IMG/VR virus record: IMGVR_UViG_3300034980_000576
Span: 1 to 64,000 of that record
Length of the DNA stretch: 64,000 nt
Reading direction: 5' to 3' (one strand)
Origin: a virus
The stretch's first letter is position 1; every line of letters begins with the position of its first letter. The position numbers were made by a program, and so were the translations under genes. The notes beneath the pieces are model-generated. The model was not told where the DNA came from. It saw nothing but the letters and a program-made list of their open reading frames with translations, and did not search any database. Positions 8,232-16,213 of the stretch are shown here, piece after piece.

Positions 8232-9000
8232 AGAGAAATCTCTTAGAGAAAATATAAGACATCTAATAAGACATGTCAAGCAAAAAAGCATCAATGAAGA
8301 GGTACAACTGAGAGGCTTAATTAATCAATTTATTGATATCGAGGTAAACTCCGGACAACTCTCGGAAGGGCAGACACCAGATGTATCCCCAACTCCCAAT
8401 AAATCTACCGGCATTAATGTCCTAGAAGAACTCCTTAAGAAGATTATACCAGTTTTAGAGGTAGATTACAAGTCCCTAACAACGAATAACGAACAAAGAG
8501 AATCATTCAGGGCGCATGTCTTAAATGCCGTGGTTAATTCCTTAACACCTGCACAAATTAATAATGATGCAGCGGACGAGAAAGAGGATTTAGACGAGGA
8601 AATTGAGATTAATGTTGGCGGAAACACTGATGATGATAAGTTTATCGATATCCGGACTGATGCCGAGAAATCTGCGGCTGACGAAGAAGAGGAAGAAGAT
8701 CCGAGAGATACATTTGGTGCAGATGTTGAAGGAGACAAGACGGGTAGGAATGTTGCCTATCAATCCTATAAAAAAATAGAAACTAGTGTTATTGATTCAT
8801 ATGAGCTTCTCTCCGATCCTGAAGATCAAGAGCTGTTCTACGATTATTTGATTGCCAACCTCAAGCTTTATTTTGATAAGTTTGAAGAAGAATTAGCAGA
8901 TTCTGTAGAAGAACCTACAAATCAAGCCTACGATATGGCAAAATCAGGTGAGGCTGGAGAATTAGAATCCGGCGAAGAAGATCTAGAATTGGAGTTATAG
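8218..9000 (+). CDS. highly acidic hypothetical protein (possible head core/scaffold-like)
   Basis: 'LRENIRHLIR' N-terminus; poly-E tracts. Confidence 0.75.
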   Translation: MNPNEEKSLRENIRHLIRHVKQKSINEEVQLRGLINQFIDIEVNSGQLSEGQTPDVSPTPNKSTGINVLEELLKKIIPVLEVDYKSLTTNNEQRESFRAHVLNAVVNSLTPAQINNDAADEKEDLDEEIEINVGGNTDDDKFIDIRTDAEKSAADEEEEEDPRDTFGADVEGDKTGRNVAYQSYKKIETSVIDSYELLSDPEDQELFYDYLIANLKLYFDKFEEELADSVEEPTNQAYDMAKSGEAGELESGEEDLELEL

Positions 9001-9462
9001 ATGGCAGATCCGGGAACAGAAGAAGAAAAGCCGAGCACAACTGAAAAGTTAACTGATGAATTTGGTGGTGTTGCGCTACTGGGAATCCACGATCTAAATG
9101 ATTTTAAAAAGGCTTTCGAAATAGTCGAGGGAGTCGACGAGATTAGAAATAATTTGGAAGGCGCCGCTTACCCCCTCACACCAAACGATGAAGGCGAAGG
9201 TGGATCCTTAAATAAGTCAATTGGAAAACGTTTAGGATATAAGGGCAAACAACTTAGAGATTTTATACCAACGCCGGCGCAAGCAGAAGAATACATTGAT
9301 GAAATAGTTGCACAATCTGCAGATATGGCGCATGCAAAAAGTTATGTTATATATTCTTTAATAGTTAACGGATTTAAGAAACATGTTCAACACTTACATC
9401 CCGGAGCATCTGGAGAATCCGCGGAGTCCGAGTTTCTTTTTGATATCGCGTCGGGAGGCTAG
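9001..9462 (+). CDS. hypothetical protein
   Basis: GGAG SD; abuts upstream stop. Confidence 0.7.
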   Translation: MADPGTEEEKPSTTEKLTDEFGGVALLGIHDLNDFKKAFEIVEGVDEIRNNLEGAAYPLTPNDEGEGGSLNKSIGKRLGYKGKQLRDFIPTPAQAEEYIDEIVAQSADMAHAKSYVIYSLIVNGFKKHVQHLHPGASGESAESEFLFDIASGG

Positions 9463-9506
9463 TCTAGACTGTCTAACGGTTTTATAAATTGTCACACAAT
9501 ATTTAC

Positions 9507-9535
9507 TTGACAAGTTTCTGATAAGTGTTTATACT
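9507..9535 (+). promoter_or_regulatory. sigma70-type promoter
   Basis: TTGACA-17 nt-TATACT in intergenic gap. Confidence 0.8.
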
Positions 9536-9561
9536 TTAATTGTGTTCTGCTTGCGATAGTA

Positions 9562-9915
9562 ATGATAGTAAAAATGAAAGATAAGAATATCACTACTAAC
9601 AATAAAAGTATAATAACTAAATTAAAAGATCAAAATAAAATTAATGACAGTTTATTAATGGGAATAAGCTCTCTATCACTTGAAGAATTAATTGCAGTCA
9701 AATTAGAATTGGCTGCAGAGTATATTAATAATAGACTTTATGGTTTCGATATTTGGAGAAAAACTAATTACATAGTGAAAGACGCAATATTAAAATTTGC
9801 TATCTCAACTACAAAGTCAAAAAAAGATGCAGCTAGATTTTTGGGAATAACGCCTCAAGAATTCCAGAAAACCTGCAGAAACTATAAAATTGACGATTAT
9901 TTCAAAGAGAATTAA
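9562..9915 (+). CDS. Fis-like helix-turn-helix protein
   Basis: 'AISTTKSKKDAARFLGITPQEF' resembles the Fis HTH. Confidence 0.6.
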   Translation: MIVKMKDKNITTNNKSIITKLKDQNKINDSLLMGISSLSLEELIAVKLELAAEYINNRLYGFDIWRKTNYIVKDAILKFAISTTKSKKDAARFLGITPQEFQKTCRNYKIDDYFKEN

Positions 9916-10518
9916 ATGACAAAATTATTATTTTTACTGATGGTTTCATGCTCGCCAAGCGAACTCAAGGTAGATGAATCATCCCCCGCAGAAGATTCAC
10001 AAGCAATCCCGGAGCCGATGGCTCCAGTAGGAGTAGTACCTGCTGACGATTGCGGACAATTAGCTCTGGGCGATACAGCATGTAATTTTGCATTGCTCGA
10101 TCAGAACGGCGATTCATGGGAACTTTACAAACATGATGACAGCGTGATAGTCCTTGACTTTTCCACAGTTTGGTGTTATCCTTGTCAGATGGCAGGACAC
10201 TATGCACAACCAATTCAAGATGAGTACGCCGATGATAATGTTAAGTTTGTAACAGTGTTGCTTGATGGATCCGTCAGCGGAATTGAACCAAGCGAAGAAG
10301 AGATAAATGAATGGGTAGACTCCCACAGCATTACGTCAGCGCCAATATTACAAGGAAGTAGAGAAAAAATGTTAGCTACAGATCCAGATGCATATGACGG
10401 TTATCTTTTAAGTGGGTTTCCAACATATGTTTATATCGGTAGAGATATGAAATTTTATTCTGCTCATGTTGGTTTCAACGAATCACGCGTTAGACAAACA
10501 ATTGAAGAAGGTTTATAA
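9916..10518 (+). CDS. TlpA/redoxin-family thioredoxin-fold lipoprotein
   Basis: Lipobox-like LMVSC, 'FALLDQNG', WCYPC, cis-Pro 'GFPT'. Confidence 0.8.
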   Translation: MTKLLFLLMVSCSPSELKVDESSPAEDSQAIPEPMAPVGVVPADDCGQLALGDTACNFALLDQNGDSWELYKHDDSVIVLDFSTVWCYPCQMAGHYAQPIQDEYADDNVKFVTVLLDGSVSGIEPSEEEINEWVDSHSITSAPILQGSREKMLATDPDAYDGYLLSGFPTYVYIGRDMKFYSAHVGFNESRVRQTIEEGL

Positions 10519-10772
10519 TGTGGAAAGTATATAAATGGGATGGTGAATACATCCAAGGTGAATTTATAAGTGAACACTCCACAGAAAAAGCTGCGTTAGG
10601 AAAAGCAAAAAAGAAGATTAATTATTCAAGAGCCACAAAGAGCAAACTGCCGACATATAAAGTCCGCGGAGAAACTGTAATTTGGCTAGATAAGGAAGAT
10701 GGAACTCCAATAGGGATGATCATCAAAAAAACAAGAAAGAAAAAAGGGGATGCCATGGTTTCGACAGGGTGA
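10518..10772 (+). CDS. basic hypothetical protein; 3' end overlaps tmRNA 5' end
   Basis: ORF track; TAATG coupling. Confidence 0.65.
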   Translation: MWKVYKWDGEYIQGEFISEHSTEKAALGKAKKKINYSRATKSKLPTYKVRGETVIWLDKEDGTPIGMIIKKTRKKKGDAMVSTG

Positions 10773-11088
10773 GAAAGAGGAATAGTGCAAGCAGTCAAAC
10801 GTACCAGCAGACTTAAAACGCAGATACAAAACATAATTGCTAATAACAATAATCACTTCGAATCTGTCCGCTTAGCGGCTTAATCGGGAGGCTGATTAGA
10901 GCCTTCTTTCCAATCTAATCAAAACAACAGATAAGTTGTAAAATCAAACCATCTAAGGCAACAGGACGGTAAGCTTTAGATTATAGCCGCCTACCCATGC
11001 AGTGAGGGGATATAAAAACTGATAAGCTTGTGAATGACTACAATTAGACTTATTCTGGACGCGGGTTCGACTCCCGCCGTCTCCACCA
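10746..11088 (+). ncRNA. ssrA: tmRNA; tag peptide ANNNNHFESVRLAA* (10839-10883)
   Basis: 5' GGGGATG...TTTCGAC pairs with 3' CGTCTCC-ACCA (G3:U Ala identity); T-arm GCGGGTTCGACTCCCGC; ATAATT before the resume codon GCT; tag ends LAA-TAA. Confidence 0.93.
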
Positions 11089-11097
11089 TTAAAAAAC

Positions 11098-11295
11098 ATG
11101 TTTATATTCAAATGGTTTAAACGAGAAAAGGAGGAATTTAAAACCCCTCCAATTAAATTAAAAGATCAAATGGAAATAGCCCTTTGGGATATTAAAGAAA
11201 AATATGATCTTGAAACAGAAGAAGTTGAGAGAGCAGTGCTTAATAAAAGAGAAAATATCAAACACATGAATGAATCAACTAAACGTAATTCATAA
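11098..11295 (+). CDS. hypothetical protein
   Basis: ORF track. Confidence 0.6.
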   Translation: MFIFKWFKREKEEFKTPPIKLKDQMEIALWDIKEKYDLETEEVERAVLNKRENIKHMNESTKRNS

Positions 11296-11319
11296 TTTAA
11301 ATGGTGATGAGGTGTTGAG

Positions 11320-11811
11320 GTGAATGTATGGATAGCTCTTTATAAAGGAAAGGGAGGAATCATCAACTCGTTTGTTAGATGGTGGACAAAAAGCATATAT
11401 AGTCACGCGGAATTAGTATTAACCGATAAAACAACTTGGATAGGCATCAGCCCCTTTTTAAAAGCAGAAATTACTAAAACCTTTATAGACACTTATGACG
11501 AACACGATTGGGATTTTTATAAAATTCCTGTCACTCCGGAACAGTATGGTGTGATTATAAATTTTTACAATTTAACCGAAGGAACTAGATACGATTGGGT
11601 GGGAATGCTCTTGTCTCAATTTTTGCCTTTTCATATAAAACAAAAAAACAAATGGTACTGTAGTGAATGGATTTTATACGCTTTGAGGATATCCAACGTA
11701 GTAGATTGGAAAGTGATTAAGATTTTCGATCAATCTGACTTATCACCCTCAAAATTATATGATATACTTGAATTATGTGGCTTTAAGAAATGCCAACTGG
11801 AGGAAATATGA
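11320..11811 (+). CDS. permuted papain-like NlpC/P60 (YaeF/YiiX-like) protein
   Basis: 'YSHAEL', 'RYDW', 'WYCSE' with His before Cys. Confidence 0.75.
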   Translation: MNVWIALYKGKGGIINSFVRWWTKSIYSHAELVLTDKTTWIGISPFLKAEITKTFIDTYDEHDWDFYKIPVTPEQYGVIINFYNLTEGTRYDWVGMLLSQFLPFHIKQKNKWYCSEWILYALRISNVVDWKVIKIFDQSDLSPSKLYDILELCGFKKCQLEEI

Positions 11812-12296
11812 CGATACATAATGAGATGTACGATGAGGAAGAGAACAAAACAGTGATGGTTTCGGGTGGATTTGATCCCGTGCACGCTGGCCACATTCGA
11901 ATGATTCGCGAAGCCGCAAATCATGGCGACGTGATTATTATAGCAAATTCTGATGAATGGCTTTTTCGAAAAAAAGGATTTGTATTTATGGAATGGGAAC
12001 GAAGAGTCGAAATTTTAAATGCGATTAAGGGGGTTATTTTGGTAGATTCCGTCAATGATGATGATGGAACAGTGTGTGAAGCAATCAAACGACACCGCCC
12101 GACTTATTTTGCCAACGGTGGTGATCGCGGAAGGGCGAATACTCCAGAACAATCAGTGTGTGAGGAGATCGGCGTGAAATTATTATGGGGAATCGGTGGC
12201 GAAGAAAAATTACAAAGTTCTTCGGAGTTAACCAAAAAGGCTAGAAAATTTTCACTGCCGCCCGTACGTACGAGTGAAAAAACTTCCGGAAGATAG
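11808..12296 (+). CDS. cytidylyl/adenylyltransferase (TagD/RfaE-like)
   Basis: 'VSGGFDPVHAGH', 'NSDEWL..KKG', 'ANGGDR', 'SSS'; GGAGG SD before ATG 11808. Confidence 0.85.
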   Translation: MTIHNEMYDEEENKTVMVSGGFDPVHAGHIRMIREAANHGDVIIIANSDEWLFRKKGFVFMEWERRVEILNAIKGVILVDSVNDDDGTVCEAIKRHRPTYFANGGDRGRANTPEQSVCEEIGVKLLWGIGGEEKLQSSSELTKKARKFSLPPVRTSEKTSGR

Positions 12297-12315
12297 TCTA
12301 TCTTTGGAATATGAG

Positions 12316-12344
12316 TTGACAACGTTCTCTTAAGATGTTATTAT
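12316..12344 (+). promoter_or_regulatory. sigma70-type promoter with extended -10
   Basis: TTGACA-17 nt-TATTAT preceded by TG; ATG follows after 5 nt (leaderless-like). Confidence 0.75.
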
Positions 12345-12349
12345 AGAAT

Positions 12350-12625
12350 ATGAGAAATTCTGAGTATATGAAGTGTTATTTATCAGAACTAGGGCATAAT
12401 AATTTTATGTATCCTTCAAGCTCATGCGCATTATTATCAACAGATTGTGAGCTTGTGAGTATTGCATGGCTCGGAGGGGCGCCTTTGGGACTCAAGCCGA
12501 TGAAAGTGCTTAAATCGTGCCTGACGCCACTTCAACTAAATGAAACCACAAGGACAGGTAGTTCGCCCCCATCGAGGGATGGATACACGGTTGTTTGGGT
12601 TTCAGAAGATTTTCTTGCCCCTTAG
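12350..12625 (+). CDS. hypothetical protein
   Basis: ORF track; directly after promoter. Confidence 0.6.
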   Translation: MRNSEYMKCYLSELGHNNFMYPSSSCALLSTDCELVSIAWLGGAPLGLKPMKVLKSCLTPLQLNETTRTGSSPPSRDGYTVVWVSEDFLAP

Positions 12626-12688
12626 CTCAGTTGGTAGAGCAGATGACTGTTAATCATCTCGCCCGCGATCCAAGCCCGCGAGGGGCAA
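12616..12688 (+). pseudogene. degenerate tRNA-Asn(GTT)
   Basis: Perfect acceptor (TGCCCCT/AGGGGCA), D and anticodon arms; T-arm has an A53:C61 mismatch and loop TCCAAGC; discriminator A; no CCA. Confidence 0.75.
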
Positions 12689-12713
12689 CAACTTGACAAA
12701 CAAAGGAGAAAAA

Positions 12714-13187
12714 ATGTCAATTATAACAAAACTGCAAAGTTTAAATCTTGAACCGGATACAATGGTTACCCTAACATACAGCGAAGGTGTTGATGTGTTT
12801 GTACACAATGAGACTGAGGTGGAGACTGCAATGGCAGAAACAGATGTCATCAGTACATTTTCAGAACTTATTGCTACGCCGAAGCTCAAGGTATCGACGC
12901 AATATGGTGGAAGTGTCATCGAACGCCTACGTCAAGAAGAATATCTTGATGATTATGCCCGTGATGGAGATTTTGGCGCCTATTTGAGCGAAGTTATTTC
13001 CGATAATTTCTATGATGTAGACTGTATTGAATACTCTACAGAGAAGTATGATCACAAGCGTGGATTTTGTACCCTAACTGCGCAGGTTCAAATTCCTGCC
13101 GATAATATCATCGCGCAAACTCCATTTCTTAGTGGTTGGACTGCTTCCGTAAACACACCCGATGGAACTTTGAGTTTCGAAGCATAA
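12714..13187 (+). CDS. acidic hypothetical protein
   Basis: AAGGAG SD before ATG 12714. Confidence 0.75.
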   Translation: MSIITKLQSLNLEPDTMVTLTYSEGVDVFVHNETEVETAMAETDVISTFSELIATPKLKVSTQYGGSVIERLRQEEYLDDYARDGDFGAYLSEVISDNFYDVDCIEYSTEKYDHKRGFCTLTAQVQIPADNIIAQTPFLSGWTASVNTPDGTLSFEA

Positions 13188-13235
13188 AGTATATGTAAGG
13201 TTGGCGACTTACCTAATTACAGAAAGTCGCACTAT

Positions 13236-13311
13236 TGGGGTGTAGTTCAATTGGCAGAACGTCGGACTGTTAATCCGGAAGTTATTGGTTCAAGTCCAGT
13301 CGCCCCAGCCA
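13236..13311 (+). tRNA. tRNA-Asn(GTT)
   Basis: Full cloverleaf, anticodon loop CTGTTAA, GTTCAAGTC, discriminator G, encoded CCA. Confidence 0.93.
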
Positions 13312-13315
13312 TTTT

Positions 13316-13390
13316 GCGGGAGTAGCTCAGCGGTAGAGCCCCACGTTGCCAACGTGGATGTCGTGGGTTCGAACCCCATCTCCCGCTCCA
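13316..13390 (+). tRNA. tRNA-Gly(GCC)
   Basis: GCGGGAG/CTCCCGC acceptor, loop TTGCCAA, GTTCGAAC, U73, CCA. Confidence 0.95.
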
Positions 13391-13417
13391 TTTTATTCTA
13401 AACCCATATATACTAAT

Positions 13418-13585
13418 GTGGGCATTGAAAAGAAACTTGAGATATTTGCAGAGATGACTGTGGTAGCCGCTGTTATGTTTTTAGCTGCTTTCTTTTGTTT
13501 TCGAGTGCTATTACTTCCAAAAGCAACTCAAACAACGATAGAGAAGGTTTATGAAGTCGAAGAAATCTTACCGGAAAAACGATAA
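13418..13585 (+). CDS. small membrane protein
   Basis: GTG 13418 downstream of tRNA-Gly; one TM segment. Confidence 0.55.
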   Translation: MGIEKKLEIFAEMTVVAAVMFLAAFFCFRVLLLPKATQTTIEKVYEVEEILPEKR

Positions 13586-13805
13586 AGTTCTCGTTAAATC
13601 ATTTTGTAGTGTTAATGTTTGCGTGATATTAAAAGAAAGATATCTTGTTTCTGAATCTGAATTGAAACTCGGAGTAGACGGATGGGACGCACAAATTTAT
13701 AAACAAAAAGATGTTGAAAAGTTACGCAAATGTGGTGTACCATATACGAAAGGTGAGAAACCTATGGTATGGGTTTTTGATTGGCAAATAATTAAAAATT
13801 GTTAA
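13551..13805 (+). CDS. hypothetical protein
   Basis: ORF track; AAGG SD. Confidence 0.65.
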   Translation: MKSKKSYRKNDKVLVKSFCSVNVCVILKERYLVSESELKLGVDGWDAQIYKQKDVEKLRKCGVPYTKGEKPMVWVFDWQIIKNC

Positions 13806-13847
13806 CAGTCTGCCACACAACACTAGTTATAGACAGAAAGGGATTAC

Positions 13848-15185
13848 ATGGCTATCAAAAAGAACTATGTACTCGATACGAGTGTATATTTAACCGAAGC
13901 TAGCTCAGTATTTAAATTTGGAAGAAACGATATTTTTGTTCCACTTAAAGTATTGGAAGAAGTTGACGGACACAAGAAACGTCAAGATTCAATTGGCGCT
14001 AATGCGCGCCACTTTATTCGGATCTTAGATGATTTACGCGTACGCGGCTCGCTGGAAAAAGGCGTTAGGATCGATAAGGGACTTGGCATATTAAGAGTTA
14101 TGTCGTATAGTTGCCTTAAAGAAGCTATATTTCCTCCTGATTTGGATATTCGCCATCCGGATCATACTATAATAGCAACTGCAAAAGCTGTACAGATGCT
14201 TTCTCCCGGGAAGAAAACTATTTTAGTTTCTCGTGATATCAATATGCGTGTTATATGTGACTCAATTGGAATGCCGGCAGAAGACTACACTTCCGAAAAA
14301 GCAGTAAGATCCTCGGATGAGTTATACAACGGGTTTGTTATTCAATCCGTGGATGAACAAGTTATTGATCGTTATTACGATGGAGAGACAATAACTATAA
14401 CTGAAGATGAGACTGACGAGATGTGGTACCCGAACCAATACATTATGATGGTATCAAACTCTAACGAAAAGAAATCCGCCCTAGCCAAATTTGAAAATTA
14501 TCACACGCCACTCAAAAACATAATTCATAAAAAAATACCCGATTGGAAGATAGAGTCTAGAAACAAGGAACAAGCATTTGCAATTGATATGCTAATGAAT
14601 CCTGACATTAAGATTGTTTCTCTTGTCGGCAGAGCGGGGAGTGGAAAGACTCTTATGGCTATAGCGGCAGGACTCCAGCAAACTATAGGACTGAGATCAG
14701 ATGAAAACCATTACGATCGATTAATAGTTTCTCGTCCTGTACAACCTCTGGGCAAAGACATTGGCTTTTTACCCGGAACAATGGAAGAGAAGATGTTGCC
14801 ATGGCTAATGCCAATTCAAGATAACCTTAAATTCTTAATGGGCGACAGAACCAACTTGGAAATGTATATGGACAAGGGGAAGATCGAAGTTGAGGCGCTA
14901 ACGTACATTAGAGGGCGTTCAATCGCAAACGCGTACATTGTTATAGATGAGGCTCAAAACCTCACTAAACACGAAATAAAGACGATTATTACCCGTATTG
15001 GAGAAGGTTCCAAGATAATCTTAACAGGGGATATTGAGCAAATCGATAATGTGTACGTAAACGAGACGTCAAATGGCTTAGCGCATGCAATTGAAAAGTT
15101 TAAAGAATATCCAATTGCCGGACACGTTACCTTTCGAAAGGGTGAGCGCTCGGAGTTGGCAACTTTAGCCTCAAAAGTTTTATAG
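13848..15185 (+). CDS. phoH: PIN-PhoH (PhoH2/YlaK-type) protein
   Basis: N-terminal PIN 'YVLDTSV...EEVD...D...SRDINMR'; Walker A GRAGSGKT, 'IGFLPG', 'YIRGRS', 'IDEAQN', 'GDIEQID'. Confidence 0.92.
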   Translation: MAIKKNYVLDTSVYLTEASSVFKFGRNDIFVPLKVLEEVDGHKKRQDSIGANARHFIRILDDLRVRGSLEKGVRIDKGLGILRVMSYSCLKEAIFPPDLDIRHPDHTIIATAKAVQMLSPGKKTILVSRDINMRVICDSIGMPAEDYTSEKAVRSSDELYNGFVIQSVDEQVIDRYYDGETITITEDETDEMWYPNQYIMMVSNSNEKKSALAKFENYHTPLKNIIHKKIPDWKIESRNKEQAFAIDMLMNPDIKIVSLVGRAGSGKTLMAIAAGLQQTIGLRSDENHYDRLIVSRPVQPLGKDIGFLPGTMEEKMLPWLMPIQDNLKFLMGDRTNLEMYMDKGKIEVEALTYIRGRSIANAYIVIDEAQNLTKHEIKTIITRIGEGSKIILTGDIEQIDNVYVNETSNGLAHAIEKFKEYPIAGHVTFRKGERSELATLASKVL

Positions 15186-15214
15186 TTTACAAAACTTAAT
15201 TTTTAAGTTATATT
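15186..15214 (+). promoter_or_regulatory. sigma70-type promoter
   Basis: TTTACA-17 nt-TATATT, then AAGGAG SD. Confidence 0.6.
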
Positions 15215-15231
15215 AATAAAAGGAGAATATT

Positions 15232-15537
15232 ATGTCTATACAAGAAGAATTGGAAAAAGCAATAAGCGAGGAAGATCTACACACAAACGATATGTTGGCT
15301 ATGGCAGTTGATAAAGATACTGAACTTAAAAACATGTTGGTTGAATATGTTGGAACAAAATTTGAGAAAGAAGAAGTAACGGTTAATATGATAGCTGAAA
15401 CCATGGCTCACGAGTTCCCTGAATTTGTTTATGCATTTGCTGAAGAAAACTTTTTACGTGGATACCAACTAGGATTAGACGATGCATATAAATCATTTGA
15501 TAGAAAAGCAACAGAAACTGCAGCAGAAAAACACTGA
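15232..15537 (+). CDS. hypothetical protein
   Basis: Strong SD; 'AEENFLRGYQLGLDD'. Confidence 0.75.
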   Translation: MSIQEELEKAISEEDLHTNDMLAMAVDKDTELKNMLVEYVGTKFEKEEVTVNMIAETMAHEFPEFVYAFAEENFLRGYQLGLDDAYKSFDRKATETAAEKH

Positions 15538-16180
15538 TTTCTACACTGCTACTGGAATACATGTGTATTTCAAGGAACCACCAGCGTCCGATATCGATGT
15601 TGAAAGTGTCATTTCTAAAATTGAATCCACGATCCCTATTCATCTCTTAGAGGAGATTGAAATGATTATTGTGGGGTGGTTTGATGAATTTGAAGAAAGA
15701 GATATAAATGCTTTCTATGATTCGGGAACAGTTTATGTTTCAAATTTACAAGATGACAATAAAGATTTATATGATGATATAGTTCACGAGATAGCTCACT
15801 CAATCGAGTCCCCCCATGGATATTACTTATACGGTGATGAAAAAATAAAAAAAGAGTTCCTATCTAAGCGCACAAGATTACATGATATTTTGTGGAACAT
15901 GGGATTCAAAGCTCCAAAATCGTTTTTTAGGGAAGTAGAATTTAATCAAGAATTTGATGACTTTCTTTATAAAAAAATTGGATATGATACATTGTCTCAA
16001 GCTCTCCAAGGACTCTTTATCAATGCATATGCCGCCACCTCACTCCGAGAATATTTTGCAACGGCATTCACAGAATATTATTTAGATAGTAATCATAATT
16101 TCTTAAAAAGTGTCTCTCCAGCAGCGTATGAAAAAATAATTGGTGCACAAAAGCCTGAATCTCTTGACGACAGTGACTGA
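15482..16180 (+). CDS. zincin-like metallopeptidase (HExxH...EYFA)
   Basis: 'IVHEIAH' and 'YAATSLREYFA'. Confidence 0.65.
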   Translation: MHINHLIEKQQKLQQKNTDFYTATGIHVYFKEPPASDIDVESVISKIESTIPIHLLEEIEMIIVGWFDEFEERDINAFYDSGTVYVSNLQDDNKDLYDDIVHEIAHSIESPHGYYLYGDEKIKKEFLSKRTRLHDILWNMGFKAPKSFFREVEFNQEFDDFLYKKIGYDTLSQALQGLFINAYAATSLREYFATAFTEYYLDSNHNFLKSVSPAAYEKIIGAQKPESLDDSD

Positions 16181-16192
16181 ACATGTTATAAT
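16164..16192 (+). promoter_or_regulatory. sigma70-type promoter with extended -10, heading the nuclease-glycan-sigma gene string
   Basis: TTGACG-17 nt-TATAAT with TG at -15/-14. Confidence 0.75.
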
Positions 16193-16213
16193 ATAACATC
16201 AACTGGAGCATTC

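Noticed and set aside
10622-10849. Minus-strand ORF
   Set aside because: Antisense to the tmRNA and the upstream CDS
12693-12725. TTGACA as a promoter -35 box
   Set aside because: No -10 box at 16-18 nt spacing; the region holds the SD and start codon
13204-13230. GCGACTT...AAGTCGC hairpin as a terminator
   Set aside because: Long loop and no U-tract; could be a processing stem but is unsupported
12616-13311. Integrated element flanked by att-like tRNA-Asn duplicates
   Set aside because: The two tRNA sequences share little beyond the anticodon loop region; no integrase nearby
13346-13417. 5' extension of ORF 13346-13585
   Set aside because: Overlaps tRNA-Gly; start moved to GTG 13418
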